A stretch of 43,656 bases of DNA from Negaprion brevirostris (Eukaryota). Position numbers and translations under genes: made by a program. Positions 13,090 to 24,752 of this stretch are shown here, one piece after another; position 1 is the stretch's first letter, and every line of letters starts with the position of its first letter. Under the pieces are notes generated by a model that did no database searches, was not told where the DNA came from, and was given only the letters and a program-made list of their open reading frames with translations. The stretch spans positions 32,729,536-32,773,191 of the forward strand of contig JARDVH010000137.1 in assembly GCA_030324005.1 (NCBI GenBank), read 5' to 3'.

Positions 13090-13620
13090 ATGCAAAATCA
13101 GTCCAACATGAGTTGTGGGGAAATTAGTTATTACTGGAGACATGACTGAGCAGTTAGACAAAATTTGAGCTGATCAGAAAGACTGAGTGTGGATTTGTGA
13201 ATGGTAGGTCATGTTTGATCAATTTAATTAAATCTTTTGAGGTTATTAATGATGAATGCCTGTGGAAGTTGTCTAGACAGACTTTCTAATGATAAAGTCC
13301 AGCATGAGATTATGAGCAAAAATGAAAGTGCACAGATATGAGTTGGAAATTGTTTGGGAGTTGGGAAACAGAGTTGAGATAAAAGCTAGGACCTCTTTAT
13401 TGGCTGGTCGTAGCTTGATGTTTCCCAGGGACTTGCACAGGGGCCTCAGCTTTGCACCATGTATATCAATGAAAAAATAGAGAGTAGTATGTGGAGGTTT
13501 GCAGATGGTAAAGTTTGGTGATTTAGTAAGTAACACAGATGAGTAAAGGGAGATACAAAGGGACATAGATGAAGTGAGCAGGATTATGGGGAAATGTGGT
13601 GACCTCACACCTGTGGGTAG
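13090..13620 (+). mobile_element. Old CR1 RT fragment
   Basis: ggatttgtgaatggtaggtcatgtttg (GF..GRSCL), aggtttgcagatg (FAD) and other RT remnants, heavily decayed. Confidence 0.6.
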
Positions 13621-13667
13621 AAGTTATGCTTCATATGGACAAATCCTTGGTCAGACAACAGCAGTTA

Positions 13668-14212
13668 CTTTTTTTAATTATTCATTTGTGGCACATGGGC
13701 ATTGCTGGCTGGCCAGCATTTATTGCCCATCCCTAGTTGCTCTTGAGAAGGTGGTGATGAGCTGCCTTCTTGAATCCCTGCAGTCCATGTGCTGTGGGTT
13801 GACCCACCAATGCGGTTAGGGAGGGAATAGCTGCTGCAAAGGAACAGCGATATATTTCCAAGTCAGGATGGTGAGTGGCTTGGAGGGGAACTTGCAGATG
13901 GTAGTGTTCCCACGGATCTGCTGCCCTTGTCCTTCTAGATGAAAATGGTTGTGGGTTTGGAAAGTGCTGTCTGAGGATCTTTGGTGAATTGCTGCAGTGC
14001 ACACTGCTGCTATTGAGCATTGGTGATGGAGGGAGTGGATGTTTGTAGTTGTGGTGCCAATCAGTCGGGCTTTGTCCTGTATGGTGTCAAGCTTCTTGAG
14101 TGTTGGAGCTGCACCCATCCAGGCAAGTGGGGAATGTTCTATCACACTCCTGACTTGTGCCTTGAAAGATGGTGGATAGGCTTTGGGGAGCCAGGAGGTA
14201 AGTTAGTTGCTT
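13668..14212 (-). mobile_element. Family X LINE 3' part with tail
   Basis: EHSPLAWMGAAPTLKKLDTIQDKARLIG...SLHHQ; reverse tail ccagcatttattgcccatccctagttgc. Confidence 0.85.
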
Positions 14213-14529
14213 GGATGGCTGAGCACAGGTAGTTTCTAGGATGTCACTGAGCTACTATAAGCAACAAGGCTGTGCTTTGATTTCTGGTCTCGTTTGAGGT
14301 ATCTGAGGTATTGAGGTTTGAGGTATCTCCATAAGATGGATCAAGGTGAGACGGAGGCTGTTTAGTCTATTCTTATTCAGCAGTTTAGAAAAATATCCAC
14401 AGCCCAGTCAGTAATTCCATATGTTGATTATTTTTGCCTACTTCGGACCCTTATGAGTGTCATGGCTCAAACTACATTAACATTCCAGATTTACCTCTTT
14501 TTGAACTCTTATATCATACATGCTGTGAT

Positions 14530-14960
14530 GAACCAGTGTATTTGAAGTTTCAGAAAGCTGTTGATAAAATCTCACATTAAAGGTTAGTGAGCAAAATTAA
14601 AGTGAAGTGAGTGTGAGGGAACACTTTGGATCCAGTGATCATAATGCCATTAGTTTCAACCTGATCATGGATAAGGGTTGAAGTTCTGGACTGAAAAAAG
14701 GCCAAATTTGATGAAATGAGAAGGGATCTGGGAACTGTGGATTGGCACAGGCTGTTCCCTGGTAAGGATGTAGATGAAAAGTGGGAGACCTCCCTACTTT
14801 TATATTCAATCTCCCTCGCTATGAAGGCCAGAATCCCATTAGCCTTCCTGACCACCTGCTGCACCTGCAGGCTGGGTTTTTGCGACTCATGCACAAGGAC
14901 CCCGAGGTCCCTCTGCACCGTCGCCTGCTGCAGTTTTAATTCATCGTTCCACCATTCCAT
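14530..14960. mobile_element. Mosaic of CR1 fragments in opposite orientations
   Basis: Plus strand MRRDLGTVDWHRLFPGKDVDEKWE to about 14788, then minus strand QRDLGVLVHESQKPSLQVQQVVRKANGILAFIAREIEYKSRE. Confidence 0.75.
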
Positions 14961-15789
14961 TACATCATGGTTGAAATGTACCCGAACTCATTTGATTCAG
15001 CCTTGTGCCGTCTTCTTCCGTACCTTTGCTGAACAACAACCTGTTGATCTTAGCTTGGAGAATTGTTATTGGCCCAGCGTCCACAACATGTTAGAGAAGC
15101 AAGTTCCTGATATCCACTATGCTTTGGCTGGAATTTTCATTGTGCAGGTTGACTTGAGAGACCTTTAAAGTGTGATTCCCGACTCTATTCCTGGGCTGTG
15201 AGGCTTTTGGGAGTGCCTATAAATGGTACGGTCTGCTTTCTTTCGGAAACCTGCATCTGGCATTCCCAGCCTGGCCGACTCCAATGCAGATCTCCTACTC
15301 CTCTGCAATTCTCATGCCATAGGCTCGCTGCATACATAATGAGGCCTCACTGAGAGCCCAGACAGCTATGAGAATAACAGAACACCTGCTCCTCAGGGGA
15401 AATATTGTTTGAATGACAGTTCAGGCTCATTGATCTCTACTAGTCAATTTCAGAATGTTTGTTGACTGAAGTAAGTGGTTTCCATTATTTGTGGTATTTG
15501 AAACTTCAGAGGGCCTGGATAATTGACACTTGTATTAGATTGCCATTTAAACTTTTTTTCATTGAACAAAGTGATAAATGGATTTTTTCAGAGATTTATT
15601 TTTGGACATCCTTCTTTATGCTGTGGTGTCCATTCGTTGTAGGAAGTGTTCAGTGGCTCATTGGGCAAGGGAGTGCCAGGACTTGTCGATGGGGAATGAG
15701 GGCAGACCAAGTGTGGATGGAAGGACAGAGCTTGACGTAAGGGGCATGATAGGATTTAGGGGTCGGTGGAAGAGTGGTACTTCGAGTGG

Positions 15790-16008
15790 GGGCATGAGAG
15801 GGCATGGGGGGAGAGGGGTGCAGGAGGTGGGGGAGCAAGAGGGAGAGGGAGCTCGGGGGGATACGGGGCGCCAGAGGAAGATGGGGCGCAGGGGAGAGGG
15901 TCGTGGGGGAGAGGGGGCGAGGGAGAGAGGAGGTGTGGATGGGTAGAGGGGGCACGGGGGAGGGGGGCACAGCAGGGGAGAGGAGGCACAGGGGTAGAGG
16001 GGGCAGAG
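15790..16008 (+). repeat. G-rich purine low-complexity tract next to a gap
   Basis: Degenerate GGGGGAGA/GGGGCAC units. Confidence 0.75.
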
Positions 16009-16108
16009 NNNNNNNNNNNNNNNNNNNNNNNNNNNNNNNNNNNNNNNNNNNNNNNNNNNNNNNNNNNNNNNNNNNNNNNNNNNNNNNNNNNNNNNNNNNN
16101 NNNNNNNN

Positions 16109-17320
16109 GTCACTTTTAACATTTAAGAAAAACTTGGATGGGTTCATGGATGAGAGGGGTGTGGAGGGATATGGTTCAAGTGCAGATCAGCGGGACTAGG
16201 CAAAAAATGGTTCGGCACAGACAAGAAGGGCCAAAAGGCCTGTTTCCGAGCTGTAATTTTCTATGGTTCTATGGAATTGGGGATTATAGTGGCATTGATT
16301 GAGAATTGGTTAGCAGACTGAGTGTAGAAATAAATGGGTCTTTTTTGGAGTGACAGGCAGAGACATTTGGAGTCACGCAGGGACATTGCTTGGCCCCAGC
16401 TATTCACAATATACATTCATGATTTGGAAATGTAATATTTCCAAATTTGCTGTGACATGAAACTTGGTGGGAAGATGACTGGTGAGGATGATGTTAAGAC
16501 GCTTCAAGTTGAATGTACGGACAAACACAGGGCAGATGCAATAAAATGTGGAAGTGTGAAGTTATCCACTTTGGTAGGAAAAAAACTAAATGGCAGTGTT
16601 TTATTTAAATGCCAATAGATTGGGAAATGTGATTATGCAAAGAGATGCACAATTACTGAAAGCAAACATGCAGATAAAACAAGCAGTTAAGAAATTAAAC
16701 GGTATGTTGGCCTTCATTGTAAGAGGACTTCAGTACAAGCGCAAGGATGTCTTTCTGCAGCTATACGAGGGTGAGACCAAACTCTGGAGTATTGTGTGCA
16801 GTGTTGGTTTCCTTGCTGAAGTTAGGATATACTTGCCATTGAGGGAGTGTAACAAAGCTTCACCATACGGATTCTTGGGATGGCAGGGTTGTCATTTGAG
16901 GAAATATTGGGTTGACCGGGCTTGCATTTACCGGAGTTTAGGAGAATGAGAGGGGACGTCTTGTAACATATAAAATTCTGACAAGCCGGACAGACAGGCT
17001 GCGAGGATGCTGTTTCTTCTGGCTGGGGGTCTAGGACAAGGGGTCACAGTCTCAGGGTATAGAATAGGCCATTTCAAACTGAGATGAGCAGAAACATTTT
17101 CACTGAAAGGGTGATGAACTTGTGGAATTCTACCACAGAATGCTGTGGAGGCCAAGGCACTGAATATATTGAAGAAGGAAATAGATTTTTAAACACTAAA
17201 GGCACATCTGCTATGGGGAGAGAATGGGGGTATGGCTTTGAGATAAAGGATCAGCCATGATAATATTGATTGATGGGGCAAGTTTGAAGGGCTGAAATAC
17301 CCACTCCTATTTTCTATGAA
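16109..17320 (+). mobile_element. CR1 3' tail (16109-16274) followed by a second CR1 ORF2 3' part with tail
   Basis: TFKKNLDGFMD..GVEGYG with tail (ttctatgg)n; then KQAVKKLNGMLAFIVRGLQYK and tail ending cctattttctatg. Confidence 0.85.
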
Positions 17321-17412
17321 CCTTTGTTAAACTGGAAGTTCTCCAACCATGTTGGCATCCCCTGGAGTAGGGTCGCTGGGGGCAGGGAGGTAAAGTGTTA
17401 TTTTCATGTGAT

Positions 17413-17682
17413 GGGTAGCGTGGTGACACAGTGGTTAGCACTGCTGCCTCACAGCGCCAGTGACCCTTGGTCACTGTCTGTGTGGAGGATGCATTTTCTC
17501 CCCATGTTTGCGTGGGTTCCCTCCCAAGGTCTAAAAGACATGCTGGTCAGGTGCATTGGCCATGCTTAATTTTCCCTCTATGTCTGAACATGCGCCGGAG
17601 TATGGCGATTGGTGGACTTTCACAGTAACTTCATTGGAGTGTTAATGTGAGCCACTTGTGACACTAATAAATAAAGTTTAAC
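17413..17682 (+). mobile_element. V-domain SINE, tail type B
   Basis: cagtggttagcactgctgcctcacagcgccag head, V core, tail cacagtaacttcattgg...cactaataaataaagtttaa. Confidence 0.85.
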
Positions 17683-17700
17683 AGATTTTTTTTGTTGCAG

Positions 17701-17777
17701 GTTAGTCTCTATTAGCAGGAACTATCGTTCAGTGATAAGAGCTTACCTGGAAGAACTACACAAAGCTGCAACATCTG
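17701..17777 (+). CDS. NUP85: NUP85 exon 4 (LVSISRNYRSVIRAYLEELHKAATS)
   Basis: Acceptor ttttgttgcAG, donor GTAAGC, 77 nt, phase 2 to 1; NYRSVIRA motif. Confidence 0.93.
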
Positions 17778-18029
17778 GTAAGCTGCAAGTTACGATGTGA
17801 AGATTTTACTGCAGATAAGTTCATTGAATACCAGCTCTCCATAGTCATGGGGATTTCAGGAAGCAATGTCACTTATGCCTTCTGTGCATTGTACTTTTTA
17901 AATTGGTAAAAAAAAATCTTTCTTAAGGAAGCCTCATAGAATGGTGCTTTCCATCAGTTATCTGCTCTTGCCCTGTAACAGAGTCCTCAAATAACTGAGA
18001 GTGGGGTGAATGGACAGGAACAAGTTTAT

Positions 18030-18540
18030 TGGGCAGGAGTACGCCACTCAGCCTATTGAGCCTCTCTGCCATTCAATAAGATCATGGGTGATCTGATTGT
18101 AACCTGTTGCCTACCTTCGATAACCTTTCATCCCCTTGTTAATCAAGAATATATGTAACTCTACCTTAAAAATATTCAAAGACTCTGCTTCCACTGTCTT
18201 TCAAGGAAGAGTTCCAGAGATCTGCAACCTTCTGAGAGAAAAAAAAATCTCATCTCAGTCCTAAATGAGCAGCACCAAAATTTTGAAGCAGTGACCTCTA
18301 TATCTGGGTTCTCCCAGAAGATGAAACGTTCTCTGCACATCCACCTTGCCAATACACCTCAGGACCATAACTGTTTTGATCAAGTCCCCTTTTACTCTTT
18401 TAAATTCTCGTGGGTACAAACCTAACTTATCCAAACTTTCCTCAGAAGGTAACCCACCCATTCTTGATGTTAGTCTAGTAAACCTTCTCTGAACTGTTTC
18501 TAACACACTTGCATCTTTCCTTAAATAAGGAGACCCACAC
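18030..18540 (-). mobile_element. CR1 3' fragment
   Basis: LETVQRRFTRL...LDKLGLY..EFKRVKGDLIK...RGH. Confidence 0.85.
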
Positions 18541-18849
18541 TTCAGGTGGAAATCCCTAATTTGTGCTGAATTAACTANNNNNNNNNNNNNNNNNNNNGTG
18601 TGGTATTGGGGGATAAATTTGTCATCATTAGTTAGGCAGGCATGAATCCTGCTTCTGTTTGCTGTTCAGTTGCTGTGTGCATGTAGTTTGTGAAAGACAA
18701 TGATTAGAGAAGCCCATTGAAATCTATTTCTCCAATATCCAAACCCTCCCATTCTTAACATCTATGTTCTTAAACAAGTCTCATCTACTCTGACAATTTT
18801 ATTTCATATGTATCCCACTGGGTTAAGAGGATCTTCCCAATATCTGTTT

Positions 18850-19370
18850 TAGAACATAGAACACTACAGTGCAGTACAGGCCCTTCGGCCTTTGATGTTG
18901 TGCTGACCTGTGAAAACCAATCTAAAGCCCATCTAACATAAACTATTCCAATATCATCCATATGCTTATCCAATGACTATTCAAATGCTGTTAATGTTGG
19001 CAAGTCCACTGCTGTTGTAGGCAGGGCATTCCATGCCCTTATTATTCTCTGAGTAAAGAACCTACCTCTGACATCTGTCCTTTATCTATCACTCTTCAAT
19101 TTAAAGCTATGTCCCCTCATGCTAGCTATCACCATCTGAGGAAAAAGGCTCTCACTGTTCACCCTATCTAATCTTCTGATCACATTGTATGCCTCTGTTA
19201 AGTCACCTCTTAACTTTCTCTCTAACGAAAACAGCCACAAGTTTTTCCTCATATGACCTTCCCATCATACCAGGCATTATCCTGTAAATCTCTTCTGCAC
19301 CCTTTCCAATGCTTCCACATCCTTCCTATAATACGGCAACCAGAACTGTACGTAATACTCCAAGTGCTTT
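18850..19370 (-). mobile_element. CR1 3' fragment (second subfamily)
   Basis: HLEYYVQFWLPYYRKDVEALERVQKRFT; tail (tagaaca)n...ggcccttcggcc. Confidence 0.85.
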
Positions 19371-20214
19371 TTGCAAAACTTGTACAAGTTTTGTAATAAG
19401 GAAGGTAAAAGGAATTTTGGCATTCGTTGCAAATGGAATATAGAGTATAAAAGTAGGAAAATGCTATTGCAACTGTATACGGCTTGGTGAGACCACATCT
19501 GAAGTACTGTGCACAGTGTTTTAAATTTAATTTTTTGCAAATTTAAATTGATGTCCTTCCTTCGATGAATTACTATTCAAGGTTTACTCAATACAATGTG
19601 ATGTTTTATATCTTTCCTAAATCTAATTTTTTCTATACAATTTTTGAGCTTTTATAACTTCTTTGACCGTAGCTAATTTGAGGGGATCACAGTATACAAT
19701 ATAGAAGGAGACTATTTGGCTCATTATGCTATAAGCTTTAAATATTTATTCACCTTTTTCCCTTAATGGTAGGGTTGGCTTCTGCCTCAACACTTCCTGC
19801 GGTAAAATATTCAATACATCAGAAGCCCTCTGTGAAAATAACTTCCTTCAAATTCCTCTCCTCACTCCCTTGGTGAGAATTTTACATTGATGATCCTCTA
19901 ATATGTTAGAAAAAGATCTCCTGGAATCTCTTGAGTATTTTCCTTATCTTGGTAGCACCTCTCAAAGGATCACCATTGACTAGGAGATCCAACACTGGGT
20001 AAGCAGTGCCAGCTGAGCCTACTTGAAATGACGGCAACAAATGTTTGATAATGAAGACCCTCCACGATTCAACAAAAGTCCTGTTGTCATTTTGTTGCAC
20101 TAGGATTAAAAATGATTAGGTTGATCTGAGCTGAGCTTCACTCATTCAGCCTAATTCTTTGTTTCTTGTCGATTGTCAACTTTCAAAGCATGCTGCTACA
20201 TTTCCTCTTAGAAT

Positions 20215-20425
20215 CATACAACTACAACTTTGTATTTGTGTAGTGACTTTATTGTAGTCAACATGCCAAAGTGCTAAACTAGAGCCGTGGCAAATAAATA
20301 TTGAAAAGGAATCATAGAAGGAGATATGATAGATGACTGAAAGGTCAGTCAGAGAGGTTGATTTTTGGGAACATATTAAAGGAGATGAGAGAGATGGAAA
20401 GATTTAGGAAGGAAATTACAGAGCA
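20215..20425 (-). mobile_element. L2-like LINE 3' end
   Basis: acaactttgtatttgtgtagtgactttattgtag... resembles the reverse complement of the tail at about 31130-31195. Confidence 0.5.
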
Positions 20426-20752
20426 CAGATGGAGGCCATTTAGCCCATTGTGCCTGTGCCAGCTCTTTGAAAGTGCTATTGAATTAATTCCGCTTCCTCA
20501 CTCTTTACCAATCACCCTGCAATTCAATCCTTTTAAGGATTTATCATATTTCCTTTTGAGAGTTACTATTTAATCTTTTTCCACCACTCTTTGAAAACCT
20601 GACCTCCAGATCACAACTTGCTGTATGTTTATCTTCCCTGGATGTTTTGTCTATCCTCTTAAATCTGTGTTCTCTGCTTATCGATTCATGTAGAATGTTT
20701 GTTATCTTGTTTTAGATAATTTATCAAGCAGTTTCTGAGAATGCAGTCTACT

Positions 20753-21056
20753 TAGGGTGACACAATGGTTAGCACTGCCGCCTCACAATGCCAAGGATCT
20801 GGATTCAATTCCGGCTCTGGTCACTGTCTGTGTCAAGGTTGCACATTCTCCCTGCGTCTGGGTCATTTCCTCTGAGTGCTCTGGTTTCTTCCCACAGTCC
20901 AAAGGTGTGTGGGTTCGATGGATTTGCTAGATTGGCCCTTTGTNNNNNNNNNAAGTACTTGGGGTTATGGGAATAGGGCTGGGGTGGGATTGTTGTTGGT
21001 GCAGACTCGATAGGCTGAAATGCTTCCTTCTGTACTTCAGGGATTCTATGATTCTC
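20753..21056 (+). mobile_element. V-domain (HE1-like) SINE with CR1-type tail (type A)
   Basis: tRNA-like head, V core, tail gcttccttctgtact...ggattctatgattct. Confidence 0.85.
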
Positions 21057-21209
21057 CTGTATCCGATCATATATTTCAGAAAACCACTTTCATCAAAGAT
21101 CATGCCTTCTGACTTGGTCAGTCTCTGCACTTTGTTCTATGCCTAAGTTTGTATGTCTGATGGTTTTAGTGAACAGTATCTGCAATAACATTTTTTTGTT
21201 TAATCTCAG

Positions 21210-21253
21210 TTTACCCTGTGGACCCAGACTTGGCATCCCAATATGAAGATCAG
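21210..21253 (+). CDS. NUP85: NUP85 exon 5 (VYPVDPDLASQYEDQ)
   Basis: Acceptor tttttgtttaatctcAG, donor cag/GTACGA; 44 nt, phase 1 to 0, bridging exons 4 and 6 exactly; DP...Q...Q pattern. Confidence 0.8.
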
Positions 21254-21853
21254 GTACGAGAATGCTCAAGTGCTGTATAATTAATGTTTGGCTGGGTCGC
21301 AGATTGGGCTGAGACAAAGGGATTCCCAAGAATGCATATTTATTGCAGATAGGTTTTTTGTTGCACAAGAGTTGCAAATAGGTTTATTTTCACAATCTGA
21401 GCAGCGTTGATGCTGTCATTCCTTTTAAGTACTGTGGGAGCATTCAAGCTCCAAGATGCTGTACCAATAGAATAGGCAGAGAGGATTTGGCTGCTTTTAG
21501 AAATTTTTGCCAACTTACCTTGAATTTTCTTCTCCTTTTCTAAAGATGCTGACCCCTCACTGGAGTCCAGGCTCTGTGGGTGCAGACCCTGAGTCACCGT
21601 TATTTTAAGTAGCATCTTCAGCTCTCACCCACGCTATACCATGTTTACTTGAGTTGGAACAATGAGTTCATTGCCCTAACCTGGGCTTTCACATCCAGAT
21701 TCAGGATAGACCAACAGCTGAGAACACCATCAACTCAGCAAATTTTGAGTCTAAGTTTTTGAGAGTGTTGTGAATTTCTAAGAAACTCTGACCATACCAA
21801 TTTACATTGCCCTTCGGGGGAAGGCTCATTCTGGGATCAGTCCAGATGCAGAT

Positions 21854-22195
21854 GGGAGGCAGTGGCCTTGTATTATTGCAAGACTATTAATCCAGAAACT
21901 CAGCAGCTGTTCCGGGGACCTGGATTCAAATCCCACTGTGACAGCTGGTGGAATTCAATTTAAAAAAAAAAATTGGAATTAAGAATCTACTGATGACCAT
22001 GAAACCACAATCGATTGTCGGAAAATCCCATCTCGTTCACTAATGTCTTTTGGAGAAGGAAATCTGCTGTCCTTACCTGATGTGGCCCACATGTGACTCC
22101 AGAGCCACAGAAATGTGGTTGACTTTCGGGCAACTAGGGTTGGGCAATAAATGCTGGCCAGCCAGCGACGCCCATGTCCCACAATGAATTTTTTA
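21854..22195 (+). mobile_element. tRNA-headed short element made of family X 5' region joined to family X 3' tail
   Basis: B-box-like ggattcaaatccc at 21922-21934; body matches 26100-26350; junction near 22127 into gggcaactagggttgggcaataaatgctggccagccagcgacgccc. Confidence 0.8.
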
Positions 22196-23141
22196 AAAAT
22201 CTGCTGTCCTTATTCAGTCTGGCTTATATGTTGTTGCAGAGCCACAGTAGTGTGGCTGAGTTTTAATTGTCCTCTGAAATGTCATAACAAGTTATTCAGT
22301 TGTATCAAGTTGCTGCAGTGAAAAAAAACTACTGCTGGGAACCTCTGACCCCCTCATGCTCCCTCATACCACCTCATTCACCCTCCCTTTCATTCACCCT
22401 TCCTCTGGCTCCCTCATTCCTCTCTTTCTCCCTGCACCTACACCATGTGGACTGCAGTGATACAAGAAAATGGCTTCCCACCACCTTCTCAGAAGTAATT
22501 AGGGGGTGAACAATGAGTGCTGGCCTTGTCTATTGCAAAGAATGAATTGAAAACAAAGTGCTTCTCATTACAGAGTGCAGCNNNNNNNNNNNNNNNNNNN
22601 NNNNNNNNNNNNNNNNNNNNNNNNNNNNNNNNNNNNNNNNNNNNNNNNNNNNNNNNNNNNNNNNNNNNNNNNNNNNNNNNNCCAGCCAGCGACGCCCATG
22701 TCCCACAAATGAATAAAAAAAATCAAGAATGACAAAGAATATACAAGTTAGGAAGAGTATATATCGGTCTCAAAACTGAAAAAAATATTGTGGTGACTAA
22801 AACATTGCAATTCAAACCAAATCCTTCCAGGCCAGGTATAGCATAGGTTAGATATAGAGTAAAGCTCCCTCACACTGTCCTCATTGAAAATGCACAGGCG
22901 AGGGGCAGGAGCAGGTCAGGGTTAGTTTATACCATGGAAGTCTGTTTTCTTGACTGAATCTGCTCAAACTCATCTCGCATGTGGACCCTTCATCTAGGAG
23001 ATGAAGGGGACTTGTACCTCTTTGGTCTTGAATGGATTTGAGTTCAGCTCCTGGATGTTTGACACACTGCAGGAACAGGCCCAATGTATTCTTAGGTGTG
23101 CTGATTGAGAGTAACAGCAGAGTTTCTGCTTTTAATGGCAG

Positions 23142-23211
23142 GTTTCAATTCTCTCTGCGATAGAACTGATCTGGAATCTCTGTGAAATCCTGTTCATTGA
23201 GGCAGCTCAAG
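23142..23211 (+). CDS. NUP85: NUP85 exon 6 (VSILSAIELIWNLCEILFIEAAQ)
   Basis: Near-identical to the recalled vertebrate Nup85 segment; donor GTGAGA; 70 nt, phase 0 to 1. Confidence 0.96.
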
Positions 23212-23669
23212 GTGAGACCGAGAAACTGTCTGTGACCCTGCAATGTTCGACCTGGTTTGATTCAACTTTATCTCTGGTTTTGGGATATGGGTGACACTGA
23301 CGCTGGTAAGGATTCATTGGTTAGCCATTCTCAGGCCACTCAGTGACAGTGTAGAAGTGGAGTGGCTCTGGGCGCTTTAATCTGAGGAGCGCCTTTTGGG
23401 TTTTTGTAACAAGCCTGTACCTTGTTGGTGATTTTCAGTTGCTGTTCCACACACCAGCAATTTTACTGAATTCAGTTTCACAACTTGTCCAGCTGGGGGG
23501 TTGAAATCACAACCTAACGGGCTGCTGCTCCAGTATTGCAACCAGTACACAAATAAAATTAATAGAAGTAAAACATCAGGGCAGTGTTGCGGGGTGTCTG
23601 GAGTGGAGGGATCACCAAGGGTCATGTGGGCCAGAGCTCGCTAAGCTGGCATCTCCAGTAATGTCCCTG

Positions 23670-23971
23670 GCATGATGGCACAGTGGTTAGCATTACTGCC
23701 TCTCAGTGCCAGGGACCCGGGTTCGATTCTTGGCTTGGGTCACGGTTTGTGTGGAGTTTGCTTATTCTCCCCATGTCTGTGTGGATTTTTTTTTTTGGGT
23801 GCTCCAGTTTCCTCCCAGTCCGAAGGTGTGCAGGTTAGGTGAATTGGCCGTGCTAAGTTCTCTCTCAGTGTACCCCGAACAGGTGCTGGAGTGTGGTGAC
23901 TAGGGAATTTTCACATTAACTTCATTGCAGTGTAAATGTAAGCCTACTTGTGCCTAATAAATAAACTTTAC
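23670..23971 (+). mobile_element. V-domain SINE, tail type B
   Basis: tggcacagtggttagca (A box), gggttcgattc (B box), V core, tail ttcattgcagtgtaaatgtaagcctacttgtg...aataaataaacttta. Confidence 0.88.
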
Positions 23972-24348
23972 CGTATTCAAAGGGTTAGGTGAAACAACAG
24001 GTTGGTTCTACTGGGGAAGAGAGGAGAAGATTCCATCAGAGCTCCTGCTTTTGATTTCTGTAAGAATGGAGTGTGGATATTGACCAGGCTTAAGGTGGTT
24101 GTGATGCCCTCCAATTGAATCGCCCAATACTGCCATTGTTGGGCTTGAGTTTGAAATATGCCACTGGAGCTCTGCATGAGCCTGTAGGATCTGTCTCCCA
24201 GCAGGAGCAGGAGTCTGTGGGGTCTGCATCCCGGCGGGAACCTGAGCCTAGGATTGGCTGCAGCAATGGGTTGTGCCTCTGAATTGTTTTAACTAGCTGC
24301 TACAACCATAATTTATGGAACTACTAAGGTAGTGATGTCTGATTGCAG

Positions 24349-24470
24349 CTGGTTTCCTTCTGCCACATCTTCTGGACTGGATCAGAGTGCACATTTGTCA
24401 GGTGGATGCTATGAATGAGCAGATTATGGATTCTGATGATCCCGTGGAACACCTGTACTACTGGAACGTG
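24349..24470 (+). CDS. NUP85: NUP85 exon 7 (GFLLPHLLDWIRVHICQVD...YYWNV)
   Basis: Acceptor ttgcAG, donor GTGAGT, 122 nt, phase 1 to 0; HLLDW.R.H.C.VD motif. Confidence 0.94.
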
Positions 24471-24624
24471 GTGAGTGATGATCTACTACTGCCAGGAGCA
24501 CTGGCTAACCATACTGCTGTCTCACTGGAGGTGATATTGGCTGGGGTTATGGTTGCAAAGAATGAATTTCCAGTCCTAAAGTGCTGACTGTGTTACTGAG
24601 TCACACTGGCCAGGTTTGGTCTAG

Positions 24625-24752
24625 GTTGTTTGTGGCAAGGCTAGTTGGAGGAAACTGAACAGATGCTGGCTCAAAAGACTGTGCCTGAACCTGCATAAGG
24701 TTCCATATAAAGGTGTATGGATGACCTGACGAGGCAAATGTCCGTTTTCTCT
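24625..24752 (+). pseudogene. Decayed duplicate of NUP85 exon 8 (pseudoexon)
   Basis: Aligned frame reads QG*LEETEQMLAQKTVPEPA*GSI*RCMDDLTRQMSVFS versus exon 8 QGRLDDARQLLAKKAATEPAKSSMYRCMNELMKKMPFFT; flanked by ctAG and GTACGT; 128 nt; downstream intron also homologous. Confidence 0.88.

Noticed and set aside
24625..24752. Functional mutually exclusive coding exon 8a
   Set aside because: Three stops in the homologous frame and a length not divisible by three; kept only as a pseudoexon.
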